From: Clostridia bacterium | GTDB taxonomy: Bacteria > Bacillota > Clostridia > UMGS1883 | Length of the DNA: 40,866 bases | Assembly (NCBI GenBank): GCA_045615265.1 | Contig: JAZLEL010000107.1 | Span: 1 to 40,866, forward strand | Reading direction: 5' to 3' | Shown here: positions 1-9,121 of the stretch, in pieces | How the letters are laid out: the number at the start of each line of letters is the position of its first letter | Numbering within the stretch: position 1 is the first letter of the stretch | Position numbers and translations under genes: made by a program | The notes under the pieces: generated by a model | Seen by the model: only the letters and a program-made list of their open reading frames with translations | Database searches by the model: none | Told to the model about the DNA's origin: nothing

Positions 1-423
1 CATTTCCATAGTAACATGGGGGATTCCCTCTTCTAAATACTCATCGGAAACCGAAACAAAACCCATTTTCTCGTAAAATATTTCTGCCTGCTTTTGTGCA
101 TGAACACATATTTTCTTGATTTTAAAGCGTTTTTTTATTTCAGCAACGCTTTCTTTCATAAGCTTCGTTCCAAGTCCTGTTTTATGTTCAAGGGTTAAAA
201 CTCTTCCAATAGTTACAGTATCTTCATCTGACATAAATGCCCTGAGATATCCTATTACCCTTGTCCCATTAAAGAAAAAGCAATGGATACTGTCACGGTC
301 TGTATCGTCAAGGTCCTGACAGATGATATTTTGCTCCAGTAAAAAAATTTCTGACCGCGATTTTAAAATCTCATAAAGTTCATCAACGGAAAGCTCCGAA
401 AAAGTTTTTACAACAAAATTCAT
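1..423 (-). CDS. GNAT family N-acetyltransferase, ElaA-like (3' end runs off the window)
   Basis: Not in the ORF track because no stop lies in the window. Manual translation gives MNFVVKTFSELSVDELYEILKSRSEIFLLEQNIICQDLDD...YLEEGIPHVTME, typical ElaA-like N- and C-terminal motifs. In-frame upstream ATGs exist at 471 and 468. Confidence 0.85.
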   Translation of the reverse strand, partial: MNFVVKTFSELSVDELYEILKSRSEIFLLEQNIICQDLDDTDRDSIHCFFFNGTRVIGYLRAFMSDEDTVTIGRVLTLEHKTGLGTKLMKESVAEIKKRFKIKKICVHAQKQAEIFYEKMGFVSVSDEYLEEGIPHVTMEM

Positions 424-476
424 ATTATCACCATTATCTTCATATTTACATTTATTTGAAACTTCCATCATGCACA

Positions 477-533
477 CTCCTCTCGACAATATTTGACATA
501 TCTATGTAGTTCATATCTGAGCAGGGCAAAAAA
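477..533. repeat. Degenerate cassette junction (leader motif joined directly to a block-B-like sequence)
   Basis: 477-509 matches 5606-5638 at 27/33 positions. 508-533 (agttcatatctgagcagggcaaaaaa) resembles block B at 5259-5285 (agttcatatcaagctaagaacaaaaaa). Confidence 0.6.
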
Positions 534-578
534 CTTATATATGCCACAAAATATAAACACTCAAATTTCTTCAAAGTA

Positions 579-824
579 TTATAAATACAGTCCTGCTGCA
601 ACAAAACTACACGGGACAAATATAACCGGATTTGGTTTTTTAAACCACATCGGTAATGCAAATGCAATATAAGAAACTATCAATGCACCTGCAACATAGC
701 CAAACCATTCCATTTTGCCATCAAGTGACACATCAGCAAAGAAACAAACGAACAACGGGATTACAAAGCGGACATTTCTTTTCACTGTATTCAGATGTCC
801 TTTTATGTAACAGCAGTATTTCAA
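579..824 (-). pseudogene. Fragment of a multi-TM membrane protein (DUF6320-like), probable remnant
   Basis: The hydrophobic stretch WFGYVAGALIVSYIAFALPMWFKKPNPVIFVPCSFVAAGLYL resembles an internal segment of a clostridial membrane family. The ORF stops in mid-helix and has no clear RBS. Confidence 0.5.
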
Positions 825-924
825 GCTATCAAGAGTTCGGTCATATATATCATATTTTTTGAAGATTCGCCACTGACTGCCAACACTGAATATTCAGATT
901 TCTCAATGAGTTGAAATTTTACAC

Positions 925-2661
925 TTATAACCCATCTGTAAGCATTTCGTAGGTGACACCATATTTTTCTGCAATATCCCTTGCGTGTGACATACCCTCA
1001 GGTGGAGCAACTTCTATCCTAAAGGATCTTTGTCCCTCTTCACTTTTCGCAACGAGTGATGACGCCCTGGCATCAGTATTTTCCATATTAAGTTCACTAA
1101 CCGCCTCTCCAAGCTTGTGCATATGTGTATTGTATATTGTCCTGACAGATTTTTTGAGAAGGGCCTTCACAGAATCTTTTGCTATGTAATACCCCTCTTC
1201 AAATGAAGTTGTGGAGAAAGATTCATTGAGCAGATACAAACTGTCCTTCGTACAGGCGGTGTAATTTTCCTTAAAGCGAATACATTCCTCGCCCAATCTT
1301 CCCAGATCAAGGGTCTTGTCTTCGTCTGCCGGAAAATGAGTGTAAATGCAGTCAAGGGGTTTATAGTTAAAGGATGATGCAGGCACAAATATGCCTCCTT
1401 GAGCAAGGGCGTACATAATACCAATGGCCTGAGTAACAGTCGTCTTTCCTCCGCGGTTTGCACCGGTCAGAATATACACTGTATGCTCTTTGTCAAAATC
1501 AAGATCATTTGCAACAATATCGCCCTTTTCCAAACCCAAGATTGCAAGTTTAAGATTGTAAAAGCCCCTAGCCTCCATCTGTATCTCGTTATTATTAATA
1601 ACCTTTGCTTCACAGAAAGTATAACCCTTCATAATATTTTTTTCAATAAACTCGGCAAATCTTATATAATAAACAAATTCGGGGATCACGTGGGAAATAT
1701 TCACAACCGCAATATCCGCATATTTATTGAGAGTATCGCGAAGCTTTTTAAGTAGCATATCAAGCATTTTGTTTGCGGCATTTGAAAGACAAAATGTGGA
1801 ATTGGCCGTTCCGTCACCATCTGCAATTTTCGCTATGGTTTCATGTTTTACACCGCCGCCTGCTAATCCCGTCATTCCGACAAGTGCCATTTTTGATTTC
1901 TTGCTTATGAATTCGCCAAGAAATCCTTCTCCATCTGAAACCGTTTCAGCAGGATGATAATGCATATCTCTATTCCAGTCAGTTCCGTCTTGTATTTTTT
2001 GTTTTGCCGCTATGGCATCTGCAAAATTACTTACTATACTGGATTTTTTGAAATACTTATTGTTAATCGAAATAAGACCCAATCCGGTTGCTTCAAATCT
2101 ATCATTTACATTTATACCCACCGTAACACTCTTCACTTCTGAAGAATGAACCTTGAGTTCAGCAATATCTGCTTTCATTTCGCTAAAATTAGCATCGTGA
2201 TACAGTTCATCAACATATTTTCCAAACCCCTTGAGACCTTCGGATTCGACTGTATTTTCTATGAAGCATTCCTGCATTGCCTCTACACAACTTATATAAT
2301 CGTTAAGTTCATCCATTCTTCGTAGCAGATGCGAGATTCCCATTTTTTCTTCGTAGTTCAAATGATGCACACCAAAATTTCGTATAAACTCAAACTTGTC
2401 AAAAAGCTCTACCATTCGTTTTCTAAGGTTGGGGAATTTCAAGATGTCACAAAAAATCTTCTGTCTGTATTCAGCTACTCTGGGGTCTGCCGTCATATTG
2501 GAAATTATATCCATTATGAGTTTGGATTCCTTGGGATCATTAGTCAGATTCTTACACAAGACATCAAGGGACAAATCGTGACATGTAGTTTCCGAAAGTT
2601 GTTTGTATTCAACCTCATCAAAATCAGGATAAAGAATACTGTATTTCCTTCTAACTTCCAT
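925..2661 (-). CDS. MutS-related ATPase (MutS domain V, no mismatch-recognition domain)
   Basis: Walker A TGANRGGKTT, YTHFPADED, GRLGEE, LLNESFSTT, YNTH and the C-terminal SHARDIAEKYG. RBS GGAAGGTG precedes ATG 2661. Confidence 0.85.
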   Translation of the reverse strand: MEVRRKYSILYPDFDEVEYKQLSETTCHDLSLDVLCKNLTNDPKESKLIMDIISNMTADPRVAEYRQKIFCDILKFPNLRKRMVELFDKFEFIRNFGVHHLNYEEKMGISHLLRRMDELNDYISCVEAMQECFIENTVESEGLKGFGKYVDELYHDANFSEMKADIAELKVHSSEVKSVTVGINVNDRFEATGLGLISINNKYFKKSSIVSNFADAIAAKQKIQDGTDWNRDMHYHPAETVSDGEGFLGEFISKKSKMALVGMTGLAGGGVKHETIAKIADGDGTANSTFCLSNAANKMLDMLLKKLRDTLNKYADIAVVNISHVIPEFVYYIRFAEFIEKNIMKGYTFCEAKVINNNEIQMEARGFYNLKLAILGLEKGDIVANDLDFDKEHTVYILTGANRGGKTTVTQAIGIMYALAQGGIFVPASSFNYKPLDCIYTHFPADEDKTLDLGRLGEECIRFKENYTACTKDSLYLLNESFSTTSFEEGYYIAKDSVKALLKKSVRTIYNTHMHKLGEAVSELNMENTDARASSLVAKSEEGQRSFRIEVAPPEGMSHARDIAEKYGVTYEMLTDGL

Positions 2662-2679
2662 TTTTACACCTTCCAAACT

Positions 2680-3696
2680 TCATTTCGCACTTATACTATT
2701 TTGCATTTCAAACGGATATTGCAATTTAATTTGTTTTCTTATATAGTCCATTTGTTGTAAAATTCTTATACTTTCTGACATAGGCATAATGTCGCTTTGT
2801 GTTTTCCCGGCTCTTATGCAATTACAAACCTCATAAATTTCTTCTTCAAAGCCATCGCCTATGCTGGGCTTTGAAATATGTGTCTGTTTATTATTAACAT
2901 TAACAATAATTTCCTGCGCACCATAAAACAGCGGAACTTCAATATATCCTTTTGTGCCAAAGACATACCCTGTTATTGGTTTCTTTACAGTCATTCCTGA
3001 TGACACAGATGCGATGGCACCATTTTGATATTTTATTAAAATATTTGTCTGACAGTCAACCCCATAATTAACATCTGCCACCGAACAAATATCTTCTGTC
3101 TTATCTCCCAAGAACATTGCAGCAAAATTCAGTCCGTAAACACCGACATCTAAAAGCGAACCTCCTGCCATTTCACCGCGATAAATCTTAGCTTCAGGAT
3201 TATATGGAATATAATCGCAAAAATCTGCCTTAACTCCCCTTATTACACCGATTTCACCACTATTCGCTATTGAAATCGCCTCTTTGATAGCAGGCAGAAA
3301 CCTTGTCCACATTGCCTCCATCAGGAAAACGCCGTTTTCTTTTGCACATTCTGCAAGTTCAATCGCCTGGCGTTCATTAACACATACCGGTTTTTCACAC
3401 AAAACGTGTTTTTTCGCATTAAGGAAAATTTCCGCACAAGGCATGTGTATTGGGTGCGGTGTAGCAACATAAACAACATCGACAAGGTCGGAATTTGCCA
3501 TTTTTTCATACCCAACAAATACGTTTTTGATATTATGTTTATCTGCAAATCCCCTCCCCCTTTCCTCAGAGCGGGAAGCGATTGCGGTTAATTCTGCCCC
3601 TTCAACATTTTTTATTGCGTTGGCAAATCTATTTGCTATTTTGCCGGCTCCGGCAATTCCCCATTTGATTATTTTTTCCATTATCATTTGCTCCAT
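2680..3696 (-). CDS. Gfo/Idh/MocA family oxidoreductase
   Basis: WGIAGAGKIA Rossmann motif, HVLCEKP, MEAMWTRF, GGSLLDVGVY. Confidence 0.92.
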   Translation of the reverse strand: MEQMIMEKIIKWGIAGAGKIANRFANAIKNVEGAELTAIASRSEERGRGFADKHNIKNVFVGYEKMANSDLVDVVYVATPHPIHMPCAEIFLNAKKHVLCEKPVCVNERQAIELAECAKENGVFLMEAMWTRFLPAIKEAISIANSGEIGVIRGVKADFCDYIPYNPEAKIYRGEMAGGSLLDVGVYGLNFAAMFLGDKTEDICSVADVNYGVDCQTNILIKYQNGAIASVSSGMTVKKPITGYVFGTKGYIEVPLFYGAQEIIVNVNNKQTHISKPSIGDGFEEEIYEVCNCIRAGKTQSDIMPMSESIRILQQMDYIRKQIKLQYPFEMQNSISAK

Positions 3697-3788
3697 TTCT
3701 TATTATTAGGTATAACCTATTTAAGCGAGAACTAAAACCAAACATATGTTATAACGACATATTCATTATCTTACATGGCAAGCTTCAA

Positions 3789-5165
3789 TTAGGTTTGGTC
3801 TTGTGGAAGATTTTTTAAAAAGTTCAATACAAGCGGTGCCGAAATAAAAAACGCAAGCACATCTGCTATTGCCTGAGCCGATTGAACTCCGAAAAGTCCA
3901 AAAAGTTTTGTCAGAACCAACAAAATTGGTATAAATAATATTCCGCTCCTGAGCATTGATAAAAAAGTTGCTTTTTTATTTTCTCCTATACTCTGAAAAA
4001 GCATATTTGAACAGATTGTCAACGGGTGGAAAAAAAGTGCTAAAAGCTGCAGTTTAAGACTGACTGTGCCTATCTCAATAACCATCGGGTCATCACGAAA
4101 GATTCCAATTAAGTGATTTGAAAACAACAAGCCAACCACAACAAACACACCCAGAAGCAGTTCTCCTGCCCCGAAGGTAAAGTAAAAAGAACTTTTCACT
4201 CTTGAATATATCTTTGCCCCATAATTAAATGACGCAACGGGCTGAAATCCCTGACCGATACCAAGCCCTACCGCAAAGATAAAGAATGTAATTCTGTTTA
4301 CAATCGACATTGCCGCGACAGCAGCATCACCGCCAACTCCGCCTGCCAGATTATTTAACGTCATTGTAGCAATACTGCTTAATCCCTGACGGCAAAGGCT
4401 TGGAAAGCCTGTTGCCATAATCTGAAATATTCCTTTGGGGTTATCCTTTATTAATTTTACATTAAGCTGACTCACTGTTTTTCCTCTAAAAAACATTGAA
4501 ATTAAAATTAAAAATCCCACAACTTGTGAAATCGCCGTAGAAAGCCCTGCACCTGCTATACCCATATCAAGACCGAATATCAGTATGGGGTCGCATATTA
4601 TATTCAAAACGCCGCCAATGGTAAGACCAATCATAGCGAAAAATGCTTTACCTTCATATCTTAAAATATTATTTAAAGCAAAGCTCGCCATAGTAAGCGG
4701 AGAAGCAATAAGAATGTATATTCCGTATTCCCTTGCATAAGGAAGAATTGTTTCCGTACTGCCAAGCATTCGCATAAGAGGGTCTATGAACATCAGACCC
4801 AAAGCACCAATCAGCGTACCTACAAAAAGACATGCCAGGACACTTAAGGTTGCAAAAACACTTGCACTGTGAGCATCTTTCTGCCCTAATTTCCTTGCAA
4901 TTATACTTCCTGCTCCGTGGCCAAACATAAATCCAAATGCCTGAATAATTGCCATTAAGCCAAATACAACACCTACTGCACCGCTGGCACTGTTACCAAG
5001 CTCACTTACAAAATATGTGTCTGCCATGTTATAGACGTTTGTTACCAGCATACTGATAGTTGTTGGAATGCCCAATGTAATTACAAGCTTAGGTATGGGC
5101 CAGGTGGTCATTTTTTCATATTGATTTACTTCATTATTCTGTTTCATTTGTTCATCTCTTTTCAT
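3789..5165 (-). CDS. MATE family efflux transporter
   Basis: About 12 hydrophobic segments, with YNMADTYFV, NIICDPILIF, GIAGAGLSTAISQ and QPVASFNYGA. Confidence 0.93.
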   Translation of the reverse strand: MKRDEQMKQNNEVNQYEKMTTWPIPKLVITLGIPTTISMLVTNVYNMADTYFVSELGNSASGAVGVVFGLMAIIQAFGFMFGHGAGSIIARKLGQKDAHSASVFATLSVLACLFVGTLIGALGLMFIDPLMRMLGSTETILPYAREYGIYILIASPLTMASFALNNILRYEGKAFFAMIGLTIGGVLNIICDPILIFGLDMGIAGAGLSTAISQVVGFLILISMFFRGKTVSQLNVKLIKDNPKGIFQIMATGFPSLCRQGLSSIATMTLNNLAGGVGGDAAVAAMSIVNRITFFIFAVGLGIGQGFQPVASFNYGAKIYSRVKSSFYFTFGAGELLLGVFVVVGLLFSNHLIGIFRDDPMVIEIGTVSLKLQLLALFFHPLTICSNMLFQSIGENKKATFLSMLRSGILFIPILLVLTKLFGLFGVQSAQAIADVLAFFISAPLVLNFLKNLPQDQT

Positions 5166-5216
5166 AGTATGGGGGGATTATAAAAGCTTTATAATCTGGA
5201 TGCCTATTTTTTAGTA

Positions 5217-5285
5217 ATTGCGAGGCATAAGGTTTAGATGCAAACCCTTTTGGGTGCTAGTTCATATCAAGCTAAGAACAAAAAA
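5217..5285. repeat. Bipartite cassette-boundary repeat, copy 1 (putative att site)
   Basis: attgcgaggcataaggtttagatgca (5217-5242), a 16-nt spacer, then agttcatatcaagctaagaacaaaaaa (5259-5285). Abuts the stop codon at 5286. Confidence 0.9.
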
Positions 5286-5597
5286 TTATTCAGCTTCTTG
5301 CAACGCCTTTTTATATTTTTGTTTCAATTCTTCATGGTTAATATCATTTAACGAAACAGAATAAATTCCTTTTGAAAAATTTTCTCTACTCATCTTGTGC
5401 AACAACCCAAATACACTCCATATCATAAAATCAACACCGTTGCCTGTAATCGCATTCTTATCTTCTGCACTATGCCACGCTTTGGAAAGTTTTTGTGAGA
5501 AAAAACCATTATCATTTCTTAATTCCCCATCCGAAATATCTATTTCTTCAGGAAAAAGCTTTAAAGTATCTTGAATTAATTTTTCTATATTCTCCAT
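5286..5597 (-). CDS. Hypothetical protein (~103 aa), single-gene cassette
   Basis: RBS AAAGGAG about 8 nt upstream of ATG 5597. Lies between repeat copies 1 and 2. No recognisable motif. Confidence 0.7.
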   Translation of the reverse strand: MENIEKLIQDTLKLFPEEIDISDGELRNDNGFFSQKLSKAWHSAEDKNAITGNGVDFMIWSVFGLLHKMSRENFSKGIYSVSLNDINHEELKQKYKKALQEAE

Positions 5598-5634
5598 AGT
5601 CATTTCTCCTTTCGTCAATATTCGACATATCCAT

Positions 5635-5703
5635 ATTGCGAGGCATAAGGTTTAGATGCAGCCAATATTCAACGAAAGTTTGTGTCAAGTTAGTCCAAAA
5701 AAA
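5635..5703. repeat. Bipartite cassette-boundary repeat, copy 2
   Basis: Identical 26-bp block (5635-5660), a 16-nt spacer, then agtttgtgtcaagttagtccaaaaaaa (5677-5703). Confidence 0.9.
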
Positions 5704-5736
5704 TTGTTGTTTCTCACTTGTAATTTAATGTGTATT

Positions 5737-6981
5737 TTACAATCTTTTTAAAACTTCTTGCTTTTTTTCTTCAAATTCTTCTTTTGTAAGAATTCCTTTT
5801 TCATATAAGTTTGCCAATTTATCCAAAAGCTCTATATCGGTATCGTTGGTTTTGCTTGAAGATAGGTTATCAGCATTGGCTTGTATAACTACATCATAAT
5901 CCTTTTCTGGAATTAATTTAGTAAATATTTTATAGGCATTTGAACTAAATGTTATTACTTGCTCTAAATCACTAGAATATAATAATACAACTTGTTCATC
6001 GTGTATTGTTGATGTTCCTTTAACTTCATTAACCGCTTTTCGGCTTCCCACAATAGCACCAACATCACCAGCAATTAAACCACCTATAACAGCCCCTTTA
6101 ATGGAAGAACCGCCTCCGCCACCACCTGTTATTTCGGTTGTGACATATTTTTGACCTATTGATCTAAAATATTTAATGTCATCTATTGAAATATCAACAC
6201 CCTGGCAACTATCTGTATTTAATAAACAAATCTTATCATCTTTTTTCCAATAACGCATTCTTCCGCTCAGATTAAAATCCGCTGAAGATATTTCAAGATA
6301 AACCGCTGGATCTATATCAAAAGGATGTCTACAAGAAACTTTTTCAACAAACATGCCATGTTTAATAGGTTCTGAATATTTGTACGCAATTTGTATCAAT
6401 GTATCTATATCGTTAGTGTATCCTGGATAAAAAGGAAATGCTATTTCACCCTGTGGTTCTAAAATTAACGCAAAATTTTTGACCGTACCATCATCTTTAC
6501 ACTTTTTTATACCAACAATTTTTTCAAAACTCTGTTTTTTGTCCCCTAATTCACGAGGATATAAAATCGTCTTGTTTTCAAGATTAATATCAGCCCATAT
6601 ACTAGGTCTATTTTCATATTCCCACATTAGTATTCTAGTGGCATTTTCATCAATTTCATATTTAACAGGTTTAGTGGCACATATAATACACTTTTTAAAT
6701 AGCCCTGCTATTTGAACTATATAGTAATTAGTAATGTCTTCTTTTTCGCACCCAAAATGGGCTGCAGCTTTTTCTCTACAAGCATCTTCTGAAAAACCAG
6801 AAAAATCCAAACGTATTCTCTCGCCATTCTCATCTGTTTCATTCAACCAATCTTGTTCTAGCTGTTCATCATAATAGATTTTCTCTCCACATTTTGTACA
6901 CAGAAAATAATTACTTACAAATTTGCCCAAACCATCTCTACCACAATTTTTACATTTAAAATAACTCCAGCATCTTTCCAT
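5737..6981 (-). CDS. Zn-ribbon / SHOCT domain protein, single-gene cassette
   Basis: N-terminal CKNC...CTKC, glycine-zipper-like GAVIGGLIAGDVGAIVG, and C-terminal SHOCT-like LDKLANLYEKGILTKEEFEEKKQEVL. Confidence 0.75.
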   Translation of the reverse strand: MERCWSYFKCKNCGRDGLGKFVSNYFLCTKCGEKIYYDEQLEQDWLNETDENGERIRLDFSGFSEDACREKAAAHFGCEKEDITNYYIVQIAGLFKKCIICATKPVKYEIDENATRILMWEYENRPSIWADINLENKTILYPRELGDKKQSFEKIVGIKKCKDDGTVKNFALILEPQGEIAFPFYPGYTNDIDTLIQIAYKYSEPIKHGMFVEKVSCRHPFDIDPAVYLEISSADFNLSGRMRYWKKDDKICLLNTDSCQGVDISIDDIKYFRSIGQKYVTTEITGGGGGGSSIKGAVIGGLIAGDVGAIVGSRKAVNEVKGTSTIHDEQVVLLYSSDLEQVITFSSNAYKIFTKLIPEKDYDVVIQANADNLSSSKTNDTDIELLDKLANLYEKGILTKEEFEEKKQEVLKRL

Positions 6982-7035
6982 ATTTCATTTCTCCCTATTT
7001 TCATAATTTAGACATTATCCAACATAATTTGCATT

Positions 7036-7103
7036 ATTGCGAGGCATAAGGTTTAGATGCAAACCTTTTTAGCGCAAGTTCGCAATAAGTTAGGAACAAA
7101 AAA
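7036..7103. repeat. Bipartite cassette-boundary repeat, copy 3
   Basis: Identical 26-bp block (7036-7061), a 15-nt spacer, then agttcgcaataagttaggaacaaaaaa (7077-7103). Abuts the stop codon at 7104. Confidence 0.9.
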
Positions 7104-7769
7104 TCACTCTTTGTTTTTAATTAGCAAATATACTTGTGACATTATTTTTATATCTGGCACCTTTGCATTTTTAACTTGTGTATCTATAATTTCTCTCATC
7201 AGCGCCATACAGAATTTCATTCCCACATTTTCAGCGATTATATCTTTCAAGTATATATTTTCGCCATCATACTTTTCAGGGAAATTAACTGTAAAATAAG
7301 TCATTTCTTTCTTTTTTTCTTCCCATATTCTATAGTGAAGCGTTCCCTTCCCATCAATTTTTATTGTGGTACATTTTTTTAAGAATTTATCAATTTGTCC
7401 AGCCTTAATCCATGTGGCCATATTTTCATTTATATATACCTCATCCCAAGTTTTAAAAACAGGAAAATGCAAAAGCAAATTTCTTATAAAACTAAACAGA
7501 CCATCCGCTATTACGCCTTCAAGCGGCGGTCTTCCGCCATTTTTCATCCATTCCACATATTGTTTTATCGGTTCATAACTTAATAATTCTTTATATATAG
7601 AAAAAGCTTCTCTTAATTTAAAGAAACGAATATGAGCTTGTTCGTTAAAAAAACTATCGTTAGTTATTTCATCATACAAATCATAGAAACGATTATAAAA
7701 CAAGGTAAGAACTTGTATTTCCTTTTCATTTGGCATATTACTTTCCATTTTATCATGACCTTTATACAT
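7104..7769 (-). CDS. Hypothetical protein with a HEPN-like RX4H motif
   Basis: 221-aa ORF with IRNLLLHFP in a helical-looking region. The HEPN call is an inference from the motif alone. Confidence 0.65.
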   Translation of the reverse strand: MYKGHDKMESNMPNEKEIQVLTLFYNRFYDLYDEITNDSFFNEQAHIRFFKLREAFSIYKELLSYEPIKQYVEWMKNGGRPPLEGVIADGLFSFIRNLLLHFPVFKTWDEVYINENMATWIKAGQIDKFLKKCTTIKIDGKGTLHYRIWEEKKKEMTYFTVNFPEKYDGENIYLKDIIAENVGMKFCMALMREIIDTQVKNAKVPDIKIMSQVYLLIKNKE

Positions 7770-7772
7770 TTA

Positions 7773-9062
7773 CTACTTTTTCATCTCTGATTTTATCCAC
7801 AGAAAACCAAAAAATATAAAGTTTACACTCAATACCACAAAACTCCATTTTTCAGACAACCCAAATATATTATGTATTACCGGAATTGCACCAATGCCAC
7901 TTATAAAAGCGAGTATATATAATAATATATTTAACAACAATGAGTTTTTGTTTTTTCTTTTTTCTTGATAAATCTTCAAATACGAAACCTTAAATTTTAT
8001 AGCTTTCTCATACAACCTAAACGAATTTGTTTGTTTCATATTTTCTATCGCATTTAAAGTAATAATTGGCACTTTAGTCAAGTATGTAATTCTTTCAAGT
8101 TCAAGTTGCTTGTCTATTGTAGTTTCTAGATCATTTGTTATATCAAAATTTATAATTTGCTTGAGCATAAAATACATTTTCATAACTTCAAGCAATTGAC
8201 AATCAAAAAATGCTTGTTGTTCACAATTACTATCGATGTCTGTAACAACTCCCATGTACTCTTGCGAATAATATTTATATGCATGATTGTTGTTAATATT
8301 TTTTAAACTTATCTCTATTTCATTTACCCCTAACACATCCAAAAAATATTTTTGTAAATTCTTTAATTTGTCGGTCACTACAAATATGTTATGTACAAAG
8401 CTAAAACTATCAATTTGATATTTATTATTTGCCACTTTTTCAAGACATCCTGATATATTATTAAAAATTATATCCGATATCTTGTCTACTTTATCTTCAA
8501 ATTTATTTTCATTAAAATAACATATTTTTTCCGTTTGCAGTATGTTGTAGTTATTACTTCTTCCAAATATCTCGTCTTTCTTTAAGGGAACACCTGTTTT
8601 ATAATCGATAAGTTCATAGTTAACAAATAACATATCATTCATAAAAAAAGCCAAAGGATCAACCTGAAGAACTCGATTATTAATTGTAACCAAAAACCTC
8701 TCCATTGTTATATAAAACGGAATTTTAAAAAAGCGCTCATCTAAGATGAGTTCCATAGAATGCGACATATTAAAAATCCACGAAACATTATCTATTTCAT
8801 CTTTGTAATCATCTAAAGTTTTGTCTTTTTGTTTAATTTCAAAATCAAAAGTTGTTAGTTGTTTATAAGGATCAAAATTTCTTTTATATCCTAGAATTCC
8901 TTTTTGCGTTAGTAATTTATTTTCCGTAACAATACTCTCTATATGAAATTGCTTCAAAATATTTTCTTTTCTTTTTGCTTTTTTTAAACTAAAAATTTTG
9001 CCTTTAGATTCATTAATTTTATATGCTGTCATAAAAACAACACAATCTTGTTTTTCTTTCAT
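7773..9062 (-). CDS. Hypothetical protein with two C-terminal TM helices
   Basis: 429-aa ORF with a soluble N-terminus, then LLLNILLYILAFISGIGAIPVI and FVVLSVNFIFFGFLWI. Confidence 0.75.
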   Translation of the reverse strand: MKEKQDCVVFMTAYKINESKGKIFSLKKAKRKENILKQFHIESIVTENKLLTQKGILGYKRNFDPYKQLTTFDFEIKQKDKTLDDYKDEIDNVSWIFNMSHSMELILDERFFKIPFYITMERFLVTINNRVLQVDPLAFFMNDMLFVNYELIDYKTGVPLKKDEIFGRSNNYNILQTEKICYFNENKFEDKVDKISDIIFNNISGCLEKVANNKYQIDSFSFVHNIFVVTDKLKNLQKYFLDVLGVNEIEISLKNINNNHAYKYYSQEYMGVVTDIDSNCEQQAFFDCQLLEVMKMYFMLKQIINFDITNDLETTIDKQLELERITYLTKVPIITLNAIENMKQTNSFRLYEKAIKFKVSYLKIYQEKRKNKNSLLLNILLYILAFISGIGAIPVIHNIFGLSEKWSFVVLSVNFIFFGFLWIKSEMKK

Positions 9063-9121
9063 CTTTTAAAACACGCTTTCATTTAATAGCATTATTATAC
9101 AACAAATTCATTTGCATTTAT

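Noticed and set aside
116-862. ORF-track calls 116-319 (+), 452-667 (-) and 656-862 (+)
   Set aside because: They overlap the GNAT gene, the junction motif or the membrane-protein remnant, and show no protein-like signal.
5200-5228. atgcct...aggcat inverted repeat overlapping repeat copy 1
   Set aside because: Only 6 bp and not present at copies 2 or 3, so it cannot be supported as the site's symmetry axis.
5217-7103. CRISPR array reading of the 26-bp identical repeats
   Set aside because: The intervals are hundreds to over a thousand bp and contain whole genes. No cas genes are in the window.
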